DNA of 64,000 bases. It comes from Candidatus Poribacteria bacterium. GTDB lineage: Bacteria; Poribacteria; WGA-4E; WGA-3G. The position numbers and the translations under genes were made by a program. The notes below the pieces were generated by a model that had not been told where the DNA came from, ran no database searches, and saw nothing but the letters and a program-made list of their open reading frames with translations. Location of the stretch: positions 2,176,001-2,240,000 of the forward strand of contig OZ219753.1 in assembly GCA_964291315.2 (NCBI GenBank), in the 5' to 3' direction. Positions 1-9,598 of this stretch are shown here, one piece after another. Within the stretch, counting starts at the first letter, position 1. Each line of letters begins with the position of its first letter.

Positions 1-1269
1 CCATAAGACAGAAAACACCTTGCTCATCTTTTGACCGAAGAAGATGGTGAAAAAGATAAGACAAGGTACTGGAATTAGCGTCCATGCGGCCAGTTTCCAA
101 TTGGTAAGGAACATAATGGCACAGATGTAAATGAGTGTAAACGAATCACCGATGAGGTCTTGCAGTCCATTGGCGATGAAATCCCGGAGCCTCGCGACAT
201 CGCTTGTGATTCTCGACATGAGATTACCGGTGTCGCGCTGATTGTAAAAATCTAAGGAGAGCGAGTTGAGGTGCTCATAAGTTTCATTCCGGAGCCGGCG
301 CGTGATGTTTTGTCCCACCCAGGCCATCATGTACCCGCGAACAGCGGAAGTCCCTAGGGTGAAAAGACGGAAACTTGCCATAAGAAAAACAATAGTGAGG
401 AGATGCCCCCAACTTCCAGCAACGGGGAGCGTTAGCCACCCCGAGACACCGTCAACTATCCAGCTAAGTTTACCCCAGGTTGGAGGCGGGAGCGGTTCTC
501 CGGTTTCGGTCACCACGGCCCCGCTAACCGCTGCACCAGCCGGGACAAGAATATTATCAATCATTTCCTCGCTAAGAACAATCGGTAACAGCGAGACAAG
601 TCGAATCACCATCATCAATATTAGTGCAGGAACCGCGACGTGCCAGAACGGTGATGAATATTTGATGAGTCGGAAGATGAGTTTGCCTTTTTCGACACAA
701 TTGACACAAACCCCAGACCAACGGGGTAGCGGTTGTCCACATTTTTCGCATTTTCCCTTATTTTTCCCTAGTCCCTGCGGCCGGTGCTGCTTCTCTTGTT
801 CTGCATCTGGATTCGCGCCTTGGATGAGCGTCTCTAACTCTGGCATCACCAGTTCAAACTTCGGTGTGAAGCGGCGCGAGTAGCGTGCCAATTCAACCGC
901 TTTATCGGAGGTGCGGACCTTTAAGATGTTGTTTCCATACATCTCAACGATTTCAACAGTAGAAACTGATGCAAGCGGGATTTCCTGGATCCCATGTTGT
1001 GGCGCGCCGTTTTGATTAAAGGCGACAAGCCGCCTATCAGTAGCAATCAACCAGTCTTTCCCATATTTTCCATCGAACTTGAGATCCGTTGAAACGGCAA
1101 CTTTAATTTTTTCGTCATTTGTTAGCAGTGCTTGTACCTGTTGTTCTAGCTCTTCAGGTACTTTTTCCATTGTGGTTAGCTCGTTTCCATCTTGTTGTTC
1201 GAAAGTAGGATTTCCATTAAAAGGTCTTTTCCGTAAAGATTCCTTTCTTACATTAGATGGTTTCGGCAT
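1..1269 (-). CDS. ABC exporter (fused permease/ATPase type), N-terminal part with a soluble extension and CxxC...CxxC motif; runs off the left edge
   Basis: Translated by hand (absent from ORF track as it has no stop in the window): MPKPSNVRK...CEKCGQPLPRWSGVCVNC...GQNITRDLRNETYEHLNSLSLDFYNQRDTGNLMSRITSDVARL, a typical ABC type-1 transmembrane segment; GAGGG RBS before ATG 1269; alternative start 1170. Confidence 0.85.
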   Translation of the reverse strand, partial: MPKPSNVRKESLRKRPFNGNPTFEQQDGNELTTMEKVPEELEQQVQALLTNDEKIKVAVSTDLKFDGKYGKDWLIATDRRLVAFNQNGAPQHGIQEIPLASVSTVEIVEMYGNNILKVRTSDKAVELARYSRRFTPKFELVMPELETLIQGANPDAEQEKQHRPQGLGKNKGKCEKCGQPLPRWSGVCVNCVEKGKLIFRLIKYSSPFWHVAVPALILMMVIRLVSLLPIVLSEEMIDNILVPAGAAVSGAVVTETGEPLPPPTWGKLSWIVDGVSGWLTLPVAGSWGHLLTIVFLMASFRLFTLGTSAVRGYMMAWVGQNITRRLRNETYEHLNSLSLDFYNQRDTGNLMSRITSDVARLRDFIANGLQDLIGDSFTLIYICAIMFLTNWKLAAWTLIPVPCLIFFTIFFGQKMSKVFSVLW

Positions 1270-1480
1270 TATCCCTCGCATAAATTAAAACCCCCAAAGA
1301 TTAAAGGCATGGTTTAGTAGCCTATATTAAACACTTAGGATATTTTATTTAACGGAAATCTTAGGGAAAAGTTGAATAAAAGTAGAAAAAAAATAAAAAA
1401 GTGTGGATAATACCTTAAACCGTGTTTCTGCGGGGCGGTTGAAACCTGAGCTAGCAATTAACCTTTTCCAGCTCGAGCTT

Positions 1481-3178
1481 CTAAGGGCGCCGCGATTCCT
1501 GAATCCTGCGAAAACCTGCGACCGCCAAAAATAGCAACACAATTACACCTGTTCCACTAGCAACTCCTATCTTTGAAGAGACACCGAGAGCAGCGGGGAG
1601 GTAACCAGAAAATAGAGCGATAGTTGCAACAGTAAGACTATAAGGCAGCTGCGTTCTCACATGATGCAACGGGTCACAACTACTGGCAATAGAGCTGAGA
1701 ATCGTTGTATCTGAGAGGGGTGAGCAGTGGTCCCCGAAGATTGCTCCATCTAATACCGTAGCGAGACAGATGATTGTGGTTAGTCCGTAGCTCCCGTTGT
1801 CAAGCGAGAACGCCACTGGAATAGCGGTCGGGATCAGGATTGCCATCGTTCCCCAACTTGTGCCGGTTGCGAAAGAGGTCACAGAGGCGCACACAAAGAC
1901 GAAAAGCGGAAACCAAAGCGGCGATACGACCTCGCCGAGCATCGTAGCCAGAAATTGACCCGTCATCAATCTATCGCAGCTCGCTTTTAAACCCCATGCC
2001 AATAACAGAACGCTCAATGGGGTGAGGCTACTTTTCACACCGCTCCAGATAACTGGGGTGATCTCTGAGAACCGCAGTTTCGAGAGGAAGCGCGCACAGA
2101 CAATCGCCAGAACACATGCACTCGCGGCGGCCGAAGCGAGAATCTTGACGTTGTCTGCCGCTGAAAGTGCGTCTCGCCAAGCAGTGAGTGAGAGAACAGA
2201 CCCCGTGCCTTTACCGTCTATCCAGAAACCGCCCAGAAGCAATCCGGAAAGCGCCAAAAGAGGCAAAACTGCTGATAAAGGTTGGATAACAGCGTTTGGT
2301 AAGCTGGTAAAAGAAGCAGCGTGTCCCAATGCTTCGGCATCTGCGGAGGCAACCGCTCCTGTCTCCCGCGCACGCGCCTCCGCCTTATGCATCGCGCCGT
2401 AGTCTCTGCCACTAATAGCATTGACAATAACAAAGATAACGGTTAGAATGCAATAAAACCGAAAGCCGAGTGCGTCGAAGAACATTGAATATCCGTCGCG
2501 GTCGAGTCCGATCGTCTCAGCCACATCGTTAAAGAGTCCTACTTCGTAGCCGATCCAAGTGCTTACAAACGCCAGTCCGGCAATCGGGGCGCTTGTGGAA
2601 TCCACAAGAAATGCCAATTTCTCGCGACTGACCCGATAATGGTCAGTGAGCGGACGCATCGTTGGTCCGACAAGCATCGCGTTGGAGTAATCTCCAATAA
2701 AAATGAGGATTCCCATCAAACCTGTGATAAATTGCGCCGACCGTGGCCCTTTTGCAAACTGGGAGAGCCAGATAACAACACCACTGATACCGCCCGAGGC
2801 AACCACTACGGAGATCGTTGTTATGATAAGACAGACGAACAAGACAACCCAAAAATTGAAGAGGTCCACGCTATCATTGCCAATGCTCACCGCGCGAACA
2901 AACCAGACGACTTCGATCAAAAAACCGGTCGGTGTGAAGTGTTGTTGATACCACGAGAGTACGACCCCGACCCCGACAGCTATACAGAGGCTCAGAAACA
3001 GTCGGGTTGTCAGGATTGCTAACGTCACAGCGAGTAGCGGCGGGATTACGCTGTACCACACCAAGGTTTCCGCACCGGCATCTGAGAACGAGGCGGTCTG
3101 CTCTGCACGTCCCCTGAAAATAACGCATATTCCAAAAAAGATTAAAAAACCGATTACATATTTTAGTCTAGAATTCAT
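1481..3178 (-). CDS. Na+/H+ antiporter NhaC-family membrane protein
   Basis: 565 aa polytopic; motifs SREKLAFLVDSTSAP, SFATGTSWGT, GAIFGDHCSPLSDTTILSS, HVRTQLPY. Confidence 0.9.
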   Translation of the reverse strand: MNSRLKYVIGFLIFFGICVIFRGRAEQTASFSDAGAETLVWYSVIPPLLAVTLAILTTRLFLSLCIAVGVGVVLSWYQQHFTPTGFLIEVVWFVRAVSIGNDSVDLFNFWVVLFVCLIITTISVVVASGGISGVVIWLSQFAKGPRSAQFITGLMGILIFIGDYSNAMLVGPTMRPLTDHYRVSREKLAFLVDSTSAPIAGLAFVSTWIGYEVGLFNDVAETIGLDRDGYSMFFDALGFRFYCILTVIFVIVNAISGRDYGAMHKAEARARETGAVASADAEALGHAASFTSLPNAVIQPLSAVLPLLALSGLLLGGFWIDGKGTGSVLSLTAWRDALSAADNVKILASAAASACVLAIVCARFLSKLRFSEITPVIWSGVKSSLTPLSVLLLAWGLKASCDRLMTGQFLATMLGEVVSPLWFPLFVFVCASVTSFATGTSWGTMAILIPTAIPVAFSLDNGSYGLTTIICLATVLDGAIFGDHCSPLSDTTILSSIASSCDPLHHVRTQLPYSLTVATIALFSGYLPAALGVSSKIGVASGTGVIVLLFLAVAGFRRIQESRRP

Positions 3179-3538
3179 CAGTGTCTATTATTTTATGTAT
3201 CCTCTTTCAGCAAGCAGGTTTTATATCTTGCGGCTGATGTGTATAATAGCAGTTTCTGGTGCAACTTACAAACTAAAACTGTGTGTGGTGTTTTTTATCT
3301 CATATAACAACAGCTTCATTTTTTTGTAACTTTTTCTCCATTCTTTACACTTATAACTTAATAGAGAGCGGGTGACGGATTGGACAAAGCGTTATCGTCT
3401 ATTTTCGGCTTCTTGATAGGGTATGCCGAAATAGTTGTGTAATGTAAGTCCCGAGTATGTCTTCCAAGGTGCACCGATCCGTTAACCCTAATAATAAAGT
3501 TTAGGTGCGCCGGCGGGAGACCAAGGAGGTAAACTAAG

Positions 3539-4279
3539 ATGTTCCGCGATATACTTTCAAATCGTCTGTTTCTCACGAGTATAGTTTTCTTTGTTGTTAT
3601 CGTCAGTTGCAGCTTGATTTATAGCTGGCGAGTTCACAAGAGCAGTGAAGAAGCAGTAGAGTTGACAAGGCAGCAGGTGCAGCGGCTTGAAGAACCTACA
3701 GCCCCAGATCCCGAAGTGGCCTCCGTAGATAGCAGCCCGGTGGTTTCTGAGCCAGCAGAGATGCCCCCACGGGAGGCGGGTGCGATGTCGCCTGCTGCGG
3801 CAACCGTTGCACACCTTATGGACCTTGTGGAGTCAGTCTCTGCTGATGACCCTGTGCCGTTGGCAGAGTCTGCCGAAGAGGTGGGCGTTTCTCCGTTCGG
3901 TTTTGGTCCTTATCCGGAGTTGCCGGAGGGTTGGCCAGCAGATGAGATATGGCCCTGCTCTTCTCCAGATCATGAGTTGATGGCGCGCGTCTTCGTGAAG
4001 TTAGCTCATCAAGGAATAACTACTATAGGAGGCACGATGGGAAATGGGCTGGTATATCCAACGTATCCCGGCGCTGTCTATATTACATGGGCGTATCGAG
4101 AAGATGGTGTTCTCTATATTGAAAGTCTGTCTGGTGATGATGAGCCTTTCGATCGGATCAGGGCGATTGAAGAGGCGAGGGGCGACGATTTTAGCAAGTC
4201 AGACATTCCATCGGACATAAAAGTCCTCTCTTATGAAGAGGACGGTATCGACCCGTATACATTTCTGAATCTACAATAA
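3539..4279 (+). CDS. Hypothetical N-terminally membrane-anchored protein (lineage-specific family)
   Basis: 246 aa, AAGGAGG RBS, N-terminal TM helix, acidic/Pro linker, SPFGFGPYPELP and C-terminal GIDPYTFL; a homologous fragment lies at 59192-59450. Confidence 0.8.
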   Translation: MFRDILSNRLFLTSIVFFVVIVSCSLIYSWRVHKSSEEAVELTRQQVQRLEEPTAPDPEVASVDSSPVVSEPAEMPPREAGAMSPAAATVAHLMDLVESVSADDPVPLAESAEEVGVSPFGFGPYPELPEGWPADEIWPCSSPDHELMARVFVKLAHQGITTIGGTMGNGLVYPTYPGAVYITWAYREDGVLYIESLSGDDEPFDRIRAIEEARGDDFSKSDIPSDIKVLSYEEDGIDPYTFLNLQ

Positions 4280-4290
4280 GGAGAAAAACC

Positions 4291-4827
4291 GTGAAGAAGT
4301 CTTTTCGTAATACCCTGGTTGTTCTGCTGATAGCGTTGTTTAGCGGAACCTGCCTGTGGGCGTATAATAATATCTTGAACAATAGAGAGAACGTAAAAGC
4401 AAAGTGGGGAAAACGGACATCCGAGGATTCAGATGGATCCGTGCGCGCCAAGGCCTATATCGACGTGGATGTGGATTATCCTGGAGAAGAGTGGTGGATC
4501 GACCTCCTAAAACGTTATCGTATAACATATGAAGCGAAATCCGAAGTCAGGGCCTCTTTTGGTTGGGGCAGGGAAGGACACTATTCTCTTTCCTCGGCAG
4601 TACCTGGTTCTACCCGCTATAAGAGTAAAACATGGTCATGGCATTTGAAAGACGACCTCAAAGCTGAGAAATTTGATAAACGATCTGATGGCAATAGTCT
4701 GCTTGACATGGATGAAGACGACATTCGGTCAGAGCTCGATAGGTGCATTGCGACTGGCCGGGTAAATCAAGACAGCAACCCGAGCTCGGGTTCTGAGGCC
4801 TATAGTTCTGTCGCGTCTGCTTATTAG
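4291..4827 (+). CDS. Hypothetical secreted protein
   Basis: 178 aa, GTG start with AAGGAG RBS 11 nt after the previous stop, signal-peptide-like N-terminus, followed by a terminator-like hairpin. Confidence 0.7.
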   Translation: MKKSFRNTLVVLLIALFSGTCLWAYNNILNNRENVKAKWGKRTSEDSDGSVRAKAYIDVDVDYPGEEWWIDLLKRYRITYEAKSEVRASFGWGREGHYSLSSAVPGSTRYKSKTWSWHLKDDLKAEKFDKRSDGNSLLDMDEDDIRSELDRCIATGRVNQDSNPSSGSEAYSSVASAY

Positions 4828-4855
4828 ATTAACGTCTGAGATGGGCTGAGAATAG

Positions 4856-4910
4856 AAAAGGGGCGTGATGGCGGGTAGGTTTTATAACCGACGACTATCA
4901 CGCCCTTTTT
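4856..4910 (+). terminator. Intrinsic terminator-like hairpin (possibly bidirectional)
   Basis: AAAAGGGGCGTGAT...ATCACGCCCTTTTT inverted repeat; near-identical arms at 50540-50593. Confidence 0.7.
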
Positions 4911-5460
4911 AACGCTGGATATGCGCAATCGTCAACCTACCATTTGTAGTAGAAGATTTAGTCTTGTTGATGTGTGATGCACTTGAGGAAATCTATAGGG
5001 CCTACCTCTGATGGCAGATCTTCAAATAAGTGTGTAGTGTCATGAAAATGCAATCTGTTTAGAAAAAAGAGGTTGACTTTTAGTGCATGAGATGGCATTC
5101 TAAGACCCATATTAACCTTGTTAGGATGCCATATCGTGAAAGCATAGGTTAAAAAAATCATTTTTTTCAACCTTTACGGTTACAGTTATTATGTTGCGGA
5201 TACGACGACAACACATTACAAGTCTTATCACAGAGGTCCTACCGTGCCGAATACACATCCGCATCCACACACTGCAACACTCACGGAACGGATTTGGTAT
5301 TCAGGCACGAGACAGTTGAACACCTTGTGTGATGGAAGCCACCGACAGATGGCAAGTAGTGGCTCTAACAACGTCTAAACGGGTAGAAATGTTAACTCTA
5401 GAGACGGAAGCAGTGGAATGCCTGTTTCCGTCCTAGACTTCGTAAAAAGGAGGATTTCTC

Positions 5461-6117
5461 ATGCGTCGCTTTACTATTGCTGTTATTATCATCTGTGCCC
5501 TTTCGATGATAGCGGTTCTCTATATGGAACATGACACTCGCACATTTATCAAAACCTTGGCCCCGCCTGTTTCAAGCACAATCCAGCAGAACGCTCACAC
5601 TCAGGAAAAGATGGATCCCGTCTCAAGAGAAGAAACAGTTCGGGCTGCCGTGCAGGATCCCCAAGGCATCGTTGACAAAGCAGCTACTGATACCCATGTT
5701 CATCAAACAGATCATCCACATCCGCACGAGCACACAGAGGACAAACACACGCGCAGGGCTGCCTCTGACACATTGAAAATGCAGCGATCTGCGGTTGCTT
5801 CAGAGACCGCCCCGCAAGCGAAGGACGATTTGAAAAGCGATCGTTCCAAACCGCTGGAGGGGCTCAAGGCAAAGTTAATTGAAGAGCATGGAGATATTCC
5901 GCTAGTGCATAGGTATATTGAGCTCAGAAGGAAGGAACTCAATAGAGAACCAATGACAATGGATGAGGTGAGTGCTTTATGGGAGGCGATAATAGTTTTC
6001 AACCCGCATCCTGAAAATCTGAAGAGCTATGAACTGATAAAAAAGCTCTCATCGCAAGCGGATCCTGATAGGTTTGAGATAAGGTATGATCTGAAAAAAG
6101 GAGAGAGAGATCAATGA
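5461..6117 (+). CDS. Hypothetical membrane-anchored protein with His-rich stretch
   Basis: 218 aa, AGGAGG RBS, N-terminal TM, THVHQTDHPHPHEH segment. Confidence 0.75.
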   Translation: MRRFTIAVIIICALSMIAVLYMEHDTRTFIKTLAPPVSSTIQQNAHTQEKMDPVSREETVRAAVQDPQGIVDKAATDTHVHQTDHPHPHEHTEDKHTRRAASDTLKMQRSAVASETAPQAKDDLKSDRSKPLEGLKAKLIEEHGDIPLVHRYIELRRKELNREPMTMDEVSALWEAIIVFNPHPENLKSYELIKKLSSQADPDRFEIRYDLKKGERDQ

Positions 6118-6126
6118 AACCTACCT

Positions 6127-6174
6127 AACTCTGGAGGGTGGCATCCATGTTTCACGCTCCAGAGTTTTTCTTTT
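6127..6174 (+). terminator. Intrinsic terminator
   Basis: AACTCTGGAG...CTCCAGAGTT stem followed by T-rich tract; duplicated at 7139-7187. Confidence 0.7.
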
Positions 6175-6286
6175 GGGAGATATGTTTTCTAAACCCCGCA
6201 GGTCTTCCATTAAGCTAAACCCTGTCGTGTTTTTTATTTCATATTCTCCGTTTTTTACACCTAATTTGATAATGTGGGGTATCGAC

Positions 6287-6922
6287 ATGAAAGGAAATTA
6301 TGAAAAATACAGTGATGCCGAGCTTGTGCAATGTTATCAGAAAGGCGATGAAGAAGCTGGAAATGCCCTCTATCAGCGATACTGGTCCCCTCTCTGCAGG
6401 TTCTTCAGAAAGAAAGTCAAGGGAAATCGCCGAGAGGATATAGAGGATCTCGTTCAAGAAACGTTCTGTGAGACCCTGAAGACGCTTAAAAACCTGCGAT
6501 CTCCGGCGAGTTTTCAGCCGTGGATCTATAAGATCGCAAGACGGGTTATAAGAAACCGGATCAACGTGCAGCAGAAGCGCATCGAATATGTCTCACTAGA
6601 TCACTCACCAGAAGACGAACTTGAACAAACGTTTGACATAGAGTCTTTTCATGCACCGGTGACGGAGCAGCCGGAATATCAGACGCTTGACAACGAACTG
6701 AGAGACATTTGTCTCCGTTTTGAGCAGACGCTTCGACCGGATGAATTAAGGGTATTCCGTTTAAGACATCACAAGGGCAAGACTTTCCAAGAGATTGGAG
6801 AGGCGTTGGCTATCAAACAGGGTACTGCGAAAGTTCGGTATCATCGGGTGGTTCAGGCGTTTAGAGCGTGGTTAGGCAAGCATTATCCAGATATTTATCA
6901 TTCAAATCAATTAACTAACTAA
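6287..6922 (+). CDS. ECF-type sigma-70 family RNA polymerase sigma factor
   Basis: SDAELV...GDEEA...EDLVQETF...SFQPWIYKIARR (region 2) and VFRLRH...TFQEIGEAL...GTAKVRYHR (region 4); ATG 6287 preferred over TTG 6173, which overlaps the terminator. Confidence 0.9.
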   Translation: MKGNYEKYSDAELVQCYQKGDEEAGNALYQRYWSPLCRFFRKKVKGNRREDIEDLVQETFCETLKTLKNLRSPASFQPWIYKIARRVIRNRINVQQKRIEYVSLDHSPEDELEQTFDIESFHAPVTEQPEYQTLDNELRDICLRFEQTLRPDELRVFRLRHHKGKTFQEIGEALAIKQGTAKVRYHRVVQAFRAWLGKHYPDIYHSNQLTN

Positions 6923-6926
6923 TAGA

Positions 6927-7225
6927 GAGGAGCTTTTTCATGCGCCGCTTTACTATTGCTGTTATTATCATTGGATGAGGTTGGTCTTTTATGGGAGGCG
7001 ATAATAGTTTTCAACCCGCATCCTGAAAATCTGAAGAGCTATGAACTGATAAAAAAGCTCTCATCGCAAGCGGATCCTGATAGGTTTGAGATAAGGTATG
7101 ATCTGGAAAAAGGAGAGAAAGATCAATGAAACCTACCTAACTCTGGAGGGTGGAACTCATGTTTCACGCTCCAGAGTTTTTTCTTTTGGGAGATATGATT
7201 TCCAAGCCCCGCAGCTCTTCCATTA
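6927..7225 (+). repeat. Direct repeat of ~5449-5492 joined to ~5960-6215 (includes the terminator copy)
   Basis: Near-identical sequence TTTATGGGAGGCGATAATAGTTTTCAACCCG...GATCAATGAAACCTACCTAACTCTGGAGGGTGG...CCCCGCAG at both loci. Confidence 0.9.
6940..7129 (+). pseudogene. Internally deleted duplicate of the 5461-6117 gene
   Basis: ATGCGCCGCTTTACTATTGCTGTTATTATCAT matches 5461-5492, then jumps to sequence matching ~5960-6117; in-frame TGA after 12 codons. Confidence 0.85.
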
Positions 7226-7833
7226 GGATCACCACTCTATTCTGTTTTCAGCAGCGTACCAGTCAAAAGTTTCCTTGGCGATATAAAATCAGCCCAAAAT
7301 AGGTTCAATAATTCTTGCCATCGCTGGGAGCGACTTGTTTGAGAAGTAAAGCCTTGACAGTTTTACTCTTGTTCTATGTTGCTTACGGTATTCTACCCGT
7401 TAGCGTTGAAAGAGGTTGACATAAAATTAACATGTGTGTAATAATAGATAGATGTCATATGGCCGATGTATCCATGTGTTCGACATCCCGTATAGGTTAA
7501 TCGGCTACGTAATGTGTGGTGTAGTCTGTTAGGTTGTGCCGCAGTGGTTCTGACGCTTAAAGCAGGATTTTTCCGTGTGTCGCGTCTAGTGTTAATGATG
7601 AAGTAAGTAAAACTAAGTATGAAAAAGGGCGTTTTCAATTTAATATGGAGGGCCCGTTCACACAGAAACGGATTCGTTTAATCAACCCGTACACCTCGTT
7701 GTTTCAAAAAAGATTGTTTTTTTTCACATTTCCTATTATAGTACTTTAAACGATCAAAAAATAGAGACGTGTTGTACAGGAAGCGTCAAAAATACAGTCT
7801 GTCGCTTTCTATACCGACACATAGGAGGTTATT

Positions 7834-8592
7834 TTGCTAAACGCAAGCGTTATCATTGTTACCCTCAGCGTACTGCTCATGCTGGGTTTTAACCTAACCG
7901 CCTCAGGTGAGATCACCACAGATATGGTTGCCGCAGCATGGCTGTTTGATGGCGATGCCGCTGATTTCTCACAAAACGGATTTGATGGCGAAGTAGAAGG
8001 CGGCAAATTCGTTACTGGCAAGATCGGTGAAGCAATTGAATTGAACGGTAAAGACGAGTGGATCGCTATTCCAAAGCGGATTGGTGAATTTGAGGAAATT
8101 ACCTTCACACACTGGGTCAAATCCACGGGACGCGAAGCACAATGGCGTGTCTTTTTCAACAACGATGGGTGGAAAGCAGGAGACATCCACTATCAAATGC
8201 ACCCGAACAATAAAGTAGAGTTCTCTATTCACAGTAACCCAGGCGGCAACGATACCTTTGCGGATTACATGTTAGCAGGGGATCAGATGGACAAGTGGGT
8301 CCATATCGCAACTGCCTATAGTGCAAAAGAGAAGAAGATTCGTTTTTATATTAACGGTGAGCTCGATATCGAAAACGATTGGGGCGGCAACCCCGGTATC
8401 CTCGACCCAGGTCGGATTGGCGACTGGGACCAAACCAGACAGTGGCAAGGCCTGTTAGACGAATTCATTATCTTTAACACGGTTCTTAGCGAAGACGACA
8501 TCCAAGCCGTCATGAACAACGGTTTGGAGCCAACGCTTGCTGTGGATCCGAAACGGAAATTGGCTGTCACATGGGGCAGTTTGAAAAAATAA
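7834..8592 (+). CDS. Secreted LamG-like jellyroll (concanavalin A-like) protein
   Basis: Signal peptide, AAWLFDG, GKIGEAIELNG, WVHIATAY, FYINGE, GLLDEFIIFN; C-terminal AVDPKRKLAVTWGSLKK; GGAGG RBS. Confidence 0.85.
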   Translation: MLNASVIIVTLSVLLMLGFNLTASGEITTDMVAAAWLFDGDAADFSQNGFDGEVEGGKFVTGKIGEAIELNGKDEWIAIPKRIGEFEEITFTHWVKSTGREAQWRVFFNNDGWKAGDIHYQMHPNNKVEFSIHSNPGGNDTFADYMLAGDQMDKWVHIATAYSAKEKKIRFYINGELDIENDWGGNPGILDPGRIGDWDQTRQWQGLLDEFIIFNTVLSEDDIQAVMNNGLEPTLAVDPKRKLAVTWGSLKK

Positions 8593-8631
8593 GGAGCAGT
8601 CGATGTGCTGCTTTTCCAAAGGAGAAACACG

Positions 8632-9474
8632 ATGCTTTTGGGAAAATGCTATCTGAATTGTCCACTCACTGCAATCGTCGTCATTGCCATCAGTTTTGCA
8701 GCGTCTACCGCAAGCGATGCAGCTTTTGATGAGAAGCACATTGCGGGGATGTGGACATTTGAAGAAGGGAAAGGTAAAGTTGTAAAAGATCTATCTGGTA
8801 ATGGAACCGACGGTGAATTTGTGGGCGACCTGAAATGGGCAAAAGGTAAATTTGGAGGCGGTTTAGAATTCAACGGTGAGGACACCTGGGTCAAGCTCGG
8901 CACAAAGGGTGATGAAAAGACACTGGCTGCCTTAGATTTCAAAGATTCCGAAGGGTTCTCAATCCATTCCTGGGTCTATGCAGCAGAAGACCCTACTGGT
9001 AAATGTATTATCTGGAAGGGACTCGGCTGTTCAACGTGGTCACAGTTCTTACTCGGAACAGGTGCACATGAAAACGGAGAAAACAACACGCAGGCTGCGT
9101 TTCACATTCGCGCAGCAAATGGTGACGGAAAGCTTGAAGTCCTCGGTGACGAACTCGCCGCCAAAGAGTGGGTACATCTCGTCGGCACATGGGACGGAAA
9201 CAAACTTCATGTCTATGTTAACGGCAAACTGCAGAACTCCGAAGATGCAAAAGGACCGCCCTGGGCCTCGCCCGAGGAGGTCTACATCGGCGCAGATCCC
9301 GGCTGTGGTAAACGCTGCCAGTGGAACGGCATCATTGACGAAATTGTTGTCTTTGATACGGTGCTCACTGATGCCGATGTATCGAAACTCGGCGCAGGCA
9401 TCGAAGGAGCATTAGCCGTTGATGCCGCACGGAAAACAGCGACAACCTGGGGATTACTCAAGGCTGCACAATAG
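8632..9474 (+). CDS. Secreted LamG-like jellyroll protein
   Basis: WTFEEGKG..VKDLSGNG, GKFGGGLEFNG, WVHLVGTWDG, GIIDEIVVFD; tail AVDAARKTATTWGLLK; AAGGAG RBS before ATG 8632. Confidence 0.85.
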   Translation: MLLGKCYLNCPLTAIVVIAISFAASTASDAAFDEKHIAGMWTFEEGKGKVVKDLSGNGTDGEFVGDLKWAKGKFGGGLEFNGEDTWVKLGTKGDEKTLAALDFKDSEGFSIHSWVYAAEDPTGKCIIWKGLGCSTWSQFLLGTGAHENGENNTQAAFHIRAANGDGKLEVLGDELAAKEWVHLVGTWDGNKLHVYVNGKLQNSEDAKGPPWASPEEVYIGADPGCGKRCQWNGIIDEIVVFDTVLTDADVSKLGAGIEGALAVDAARKTATTWGLLKAAQ

Positions 9475-9598
9475 TTGTTTCTCAAAACAGTTACTCTTAG
9501 GGTATTCAGGGTATCCTGAAAAGAAACATCGACGGCAAATAGCGTGTCATGCCGTGCAGAGCATTAACAAACAGCTAAACCTCAAGGAGGTTGCTTAA

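Noticed and set aside
302-883. 193-aa plus-strand ORF from the track
   Set aside because: Antisense shadow of the minus-strand ABC exporter, which carries clear family motifs.
3360-3530. SAM-I riboswitch-like start (ATAGAGAGCGGGTGACGGATTGGAC) in a long leader
   Set aside because: Remaining conserved elements (GCAACC, GTGC.AA, P1 pairing) could not be found; only a generic hairpin (CTATTTTCGGC...GCCGAAATAG) is visible. An Infernal/Rfam scan would settle it.
5244-5378. 44-codon GTG-start ORF with HPHPH upstream of 5461
   Set aside because: Weak RBS and no recognisable family; cannot be supported as a leader peptide from sequence alone.
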